Origin: Vicugna vicugna
Lineage: Eukaryota
NCBI GenBank assembly: GCA_013265495.1
Contig: MU058645.1
Location: 620,001-684,000 of the forward strand
Direction of reading: 5' to 3'
Length of the DNA stretch: 64,000 bases
Part shown: piece by piece, positions 62,932-64,000 of the stretch
Numbering within the stretch: the stretch's first letter is position 1
Layout: each line of letters starts with the position of its first letter
The notes under the pieces: model-generated
Seen by the model: the letters and a program-made list of their open reading frames with translations, nothing else
Database searches by the model: none
What the model was told of the DNA's origin: nothing
Translations under genes and position numbers: made by a program

Positions 62932-64000
62932 CCCTCCGGGCCAGGGCCCAGACCCATCATCTCATCAGCCTTGACCCCGTGTCCTGGGCTGCATGTTTGC
63001 TTTATTGAACAGCCTGGGGTGAGGTTGCAGCCGGGCTCTCTGTCTCTGAAAGAAAGTGTTCGCCCTGAGCCTGGAATGTGGAAGACAAACACTGTCCCAT
63101 CTTCCCAGCTAACAGTGCCTGGAATGTGTGAGCCATGGCAGCTTACTGCCAGGGGCCACGTCTGGGGAGGCCCCCGCAATGAAAGGCGTTCTCAGGTCCT
63201 TAGAAGACAGAACCCAGACAGTGCCTTCCAAGGGGGAGACAGGAGCGCAGAAAGCAAGGCCCGTCTTCAAAGTCTAAGAAAAGTAGTGCGGAACATTTAG
63301 CTCCCTGAAGTGCTGGCCGGTTAAAGTGACAGAGGTGCTCTGCACTCCGCACAGTCGACGTGCGGCCTGGCTGTTCCAACACGTAAAACTCCTTGCAAGG
63401 CGAAGTCCACCACTGGGTAAAGACACAAAGAGCTCTGGGGACCCCAAATGCATGTAGTGAACCCCCCAAACCCAGCACGGCCCTCCTGCGCGCCCTCCAC
63501 TGCAGAGGGCGTCTGTTCCGCTGCTAAACGTGCCTCTTCCTGATGAATGAAAGTGGACTGAGGACACGACGTGCACCGGTCATCCCGCCTCCAGAGGGGG
63601 CTTTTCTGGAAGTGGCGTGAGAGCCAGACAGCTGGGCGTCACTGTCCTCCCATGCCTTACGCCCCTGGGGACCTGGCACCCACCAGGCACGTGGGGTGTC
63701 AGGAGGGTGGCAGCCTGTGTTTCCGCTTCTGTCTCCTCATCTACTTCCCTGTCACTGTGGGGTTGTGGTCGATACTCACAATTTTTTAAATGTCAGTGCC
63801 ATCCAGTGATGCGAACGTGACCCCAGCATCTCAAAGGATGGAATTCTGTGGTGCGTCTCCTCAGAAACTGGGCTACATTTTCCCCCGAGAAACAAGAACA
63901 GTCAGTCCCAGGCCAGGGAGCCAGGAGGGTCTCAAGCAAGGCTCCTGGGAGTCAGAGGAAGTGTGGTTTGAAGATGCCCTGGTGTTGGCTCAACGGGTAG

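Noticed and set aside
1-64000. The 60-270 aa ORFs in the supplied track as standalone genes
   Set aside because: No recognisable domains. Many are explained by simple repeats, N gaps, GC-rich islands or decayed L1/L2; only the L1 ORF2 fragments show clear homology.

Overview
Mammalian genomic DNA, almost certainly camelid (alpaca, llama or camel). The evidence is two tRNA-derived Vic-1-type SINEs and artiodactyl-type L1 3' ends, with no ruminant Bov-A/BovB or pig PRE-1 SINEs seen. I recognise no known protein-coding gene, RNA gene or miRNA, and cannot name the locus. The only ORFs with clear homology are decayed L1 ORF2 pieces. The window is intergenic or intronic DNA rich in old repeats (L2, MIR, MLT1/MLT2, MER58A, Tigger1, MER44, L1MB/ME). 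It also holds younger insertions (camelid L1 tails, Vic SINEs, an ERV1 LTR with leader) and three N gaps, all inside transposons. There are two CpG-dense islands (~19.0-19.8 kb and ~28.5-29.3 kb) and several repeat-free blocks rich in homeodomain, POU and TALE motifs, suggesting regulatory territory near a developmental gene. Best leads: (1) a phase-compatible chain of minus-strand candidate exons from 20.6 kb to 5.2 kb, possibly a lncRNA or small ORF with one hydrophobic segment; (2) an ERV1 LTR with leader splice donors pointing at those exons; (3) a 5'-inverted L1 with target-site duplication; (4) PBX-HOX-MEIS and P3/octamer motif modules. I found no previously undescribed system that the sequence alone can establish. 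Repeat names are from memory of consensus sequences and boundaries are approximate.
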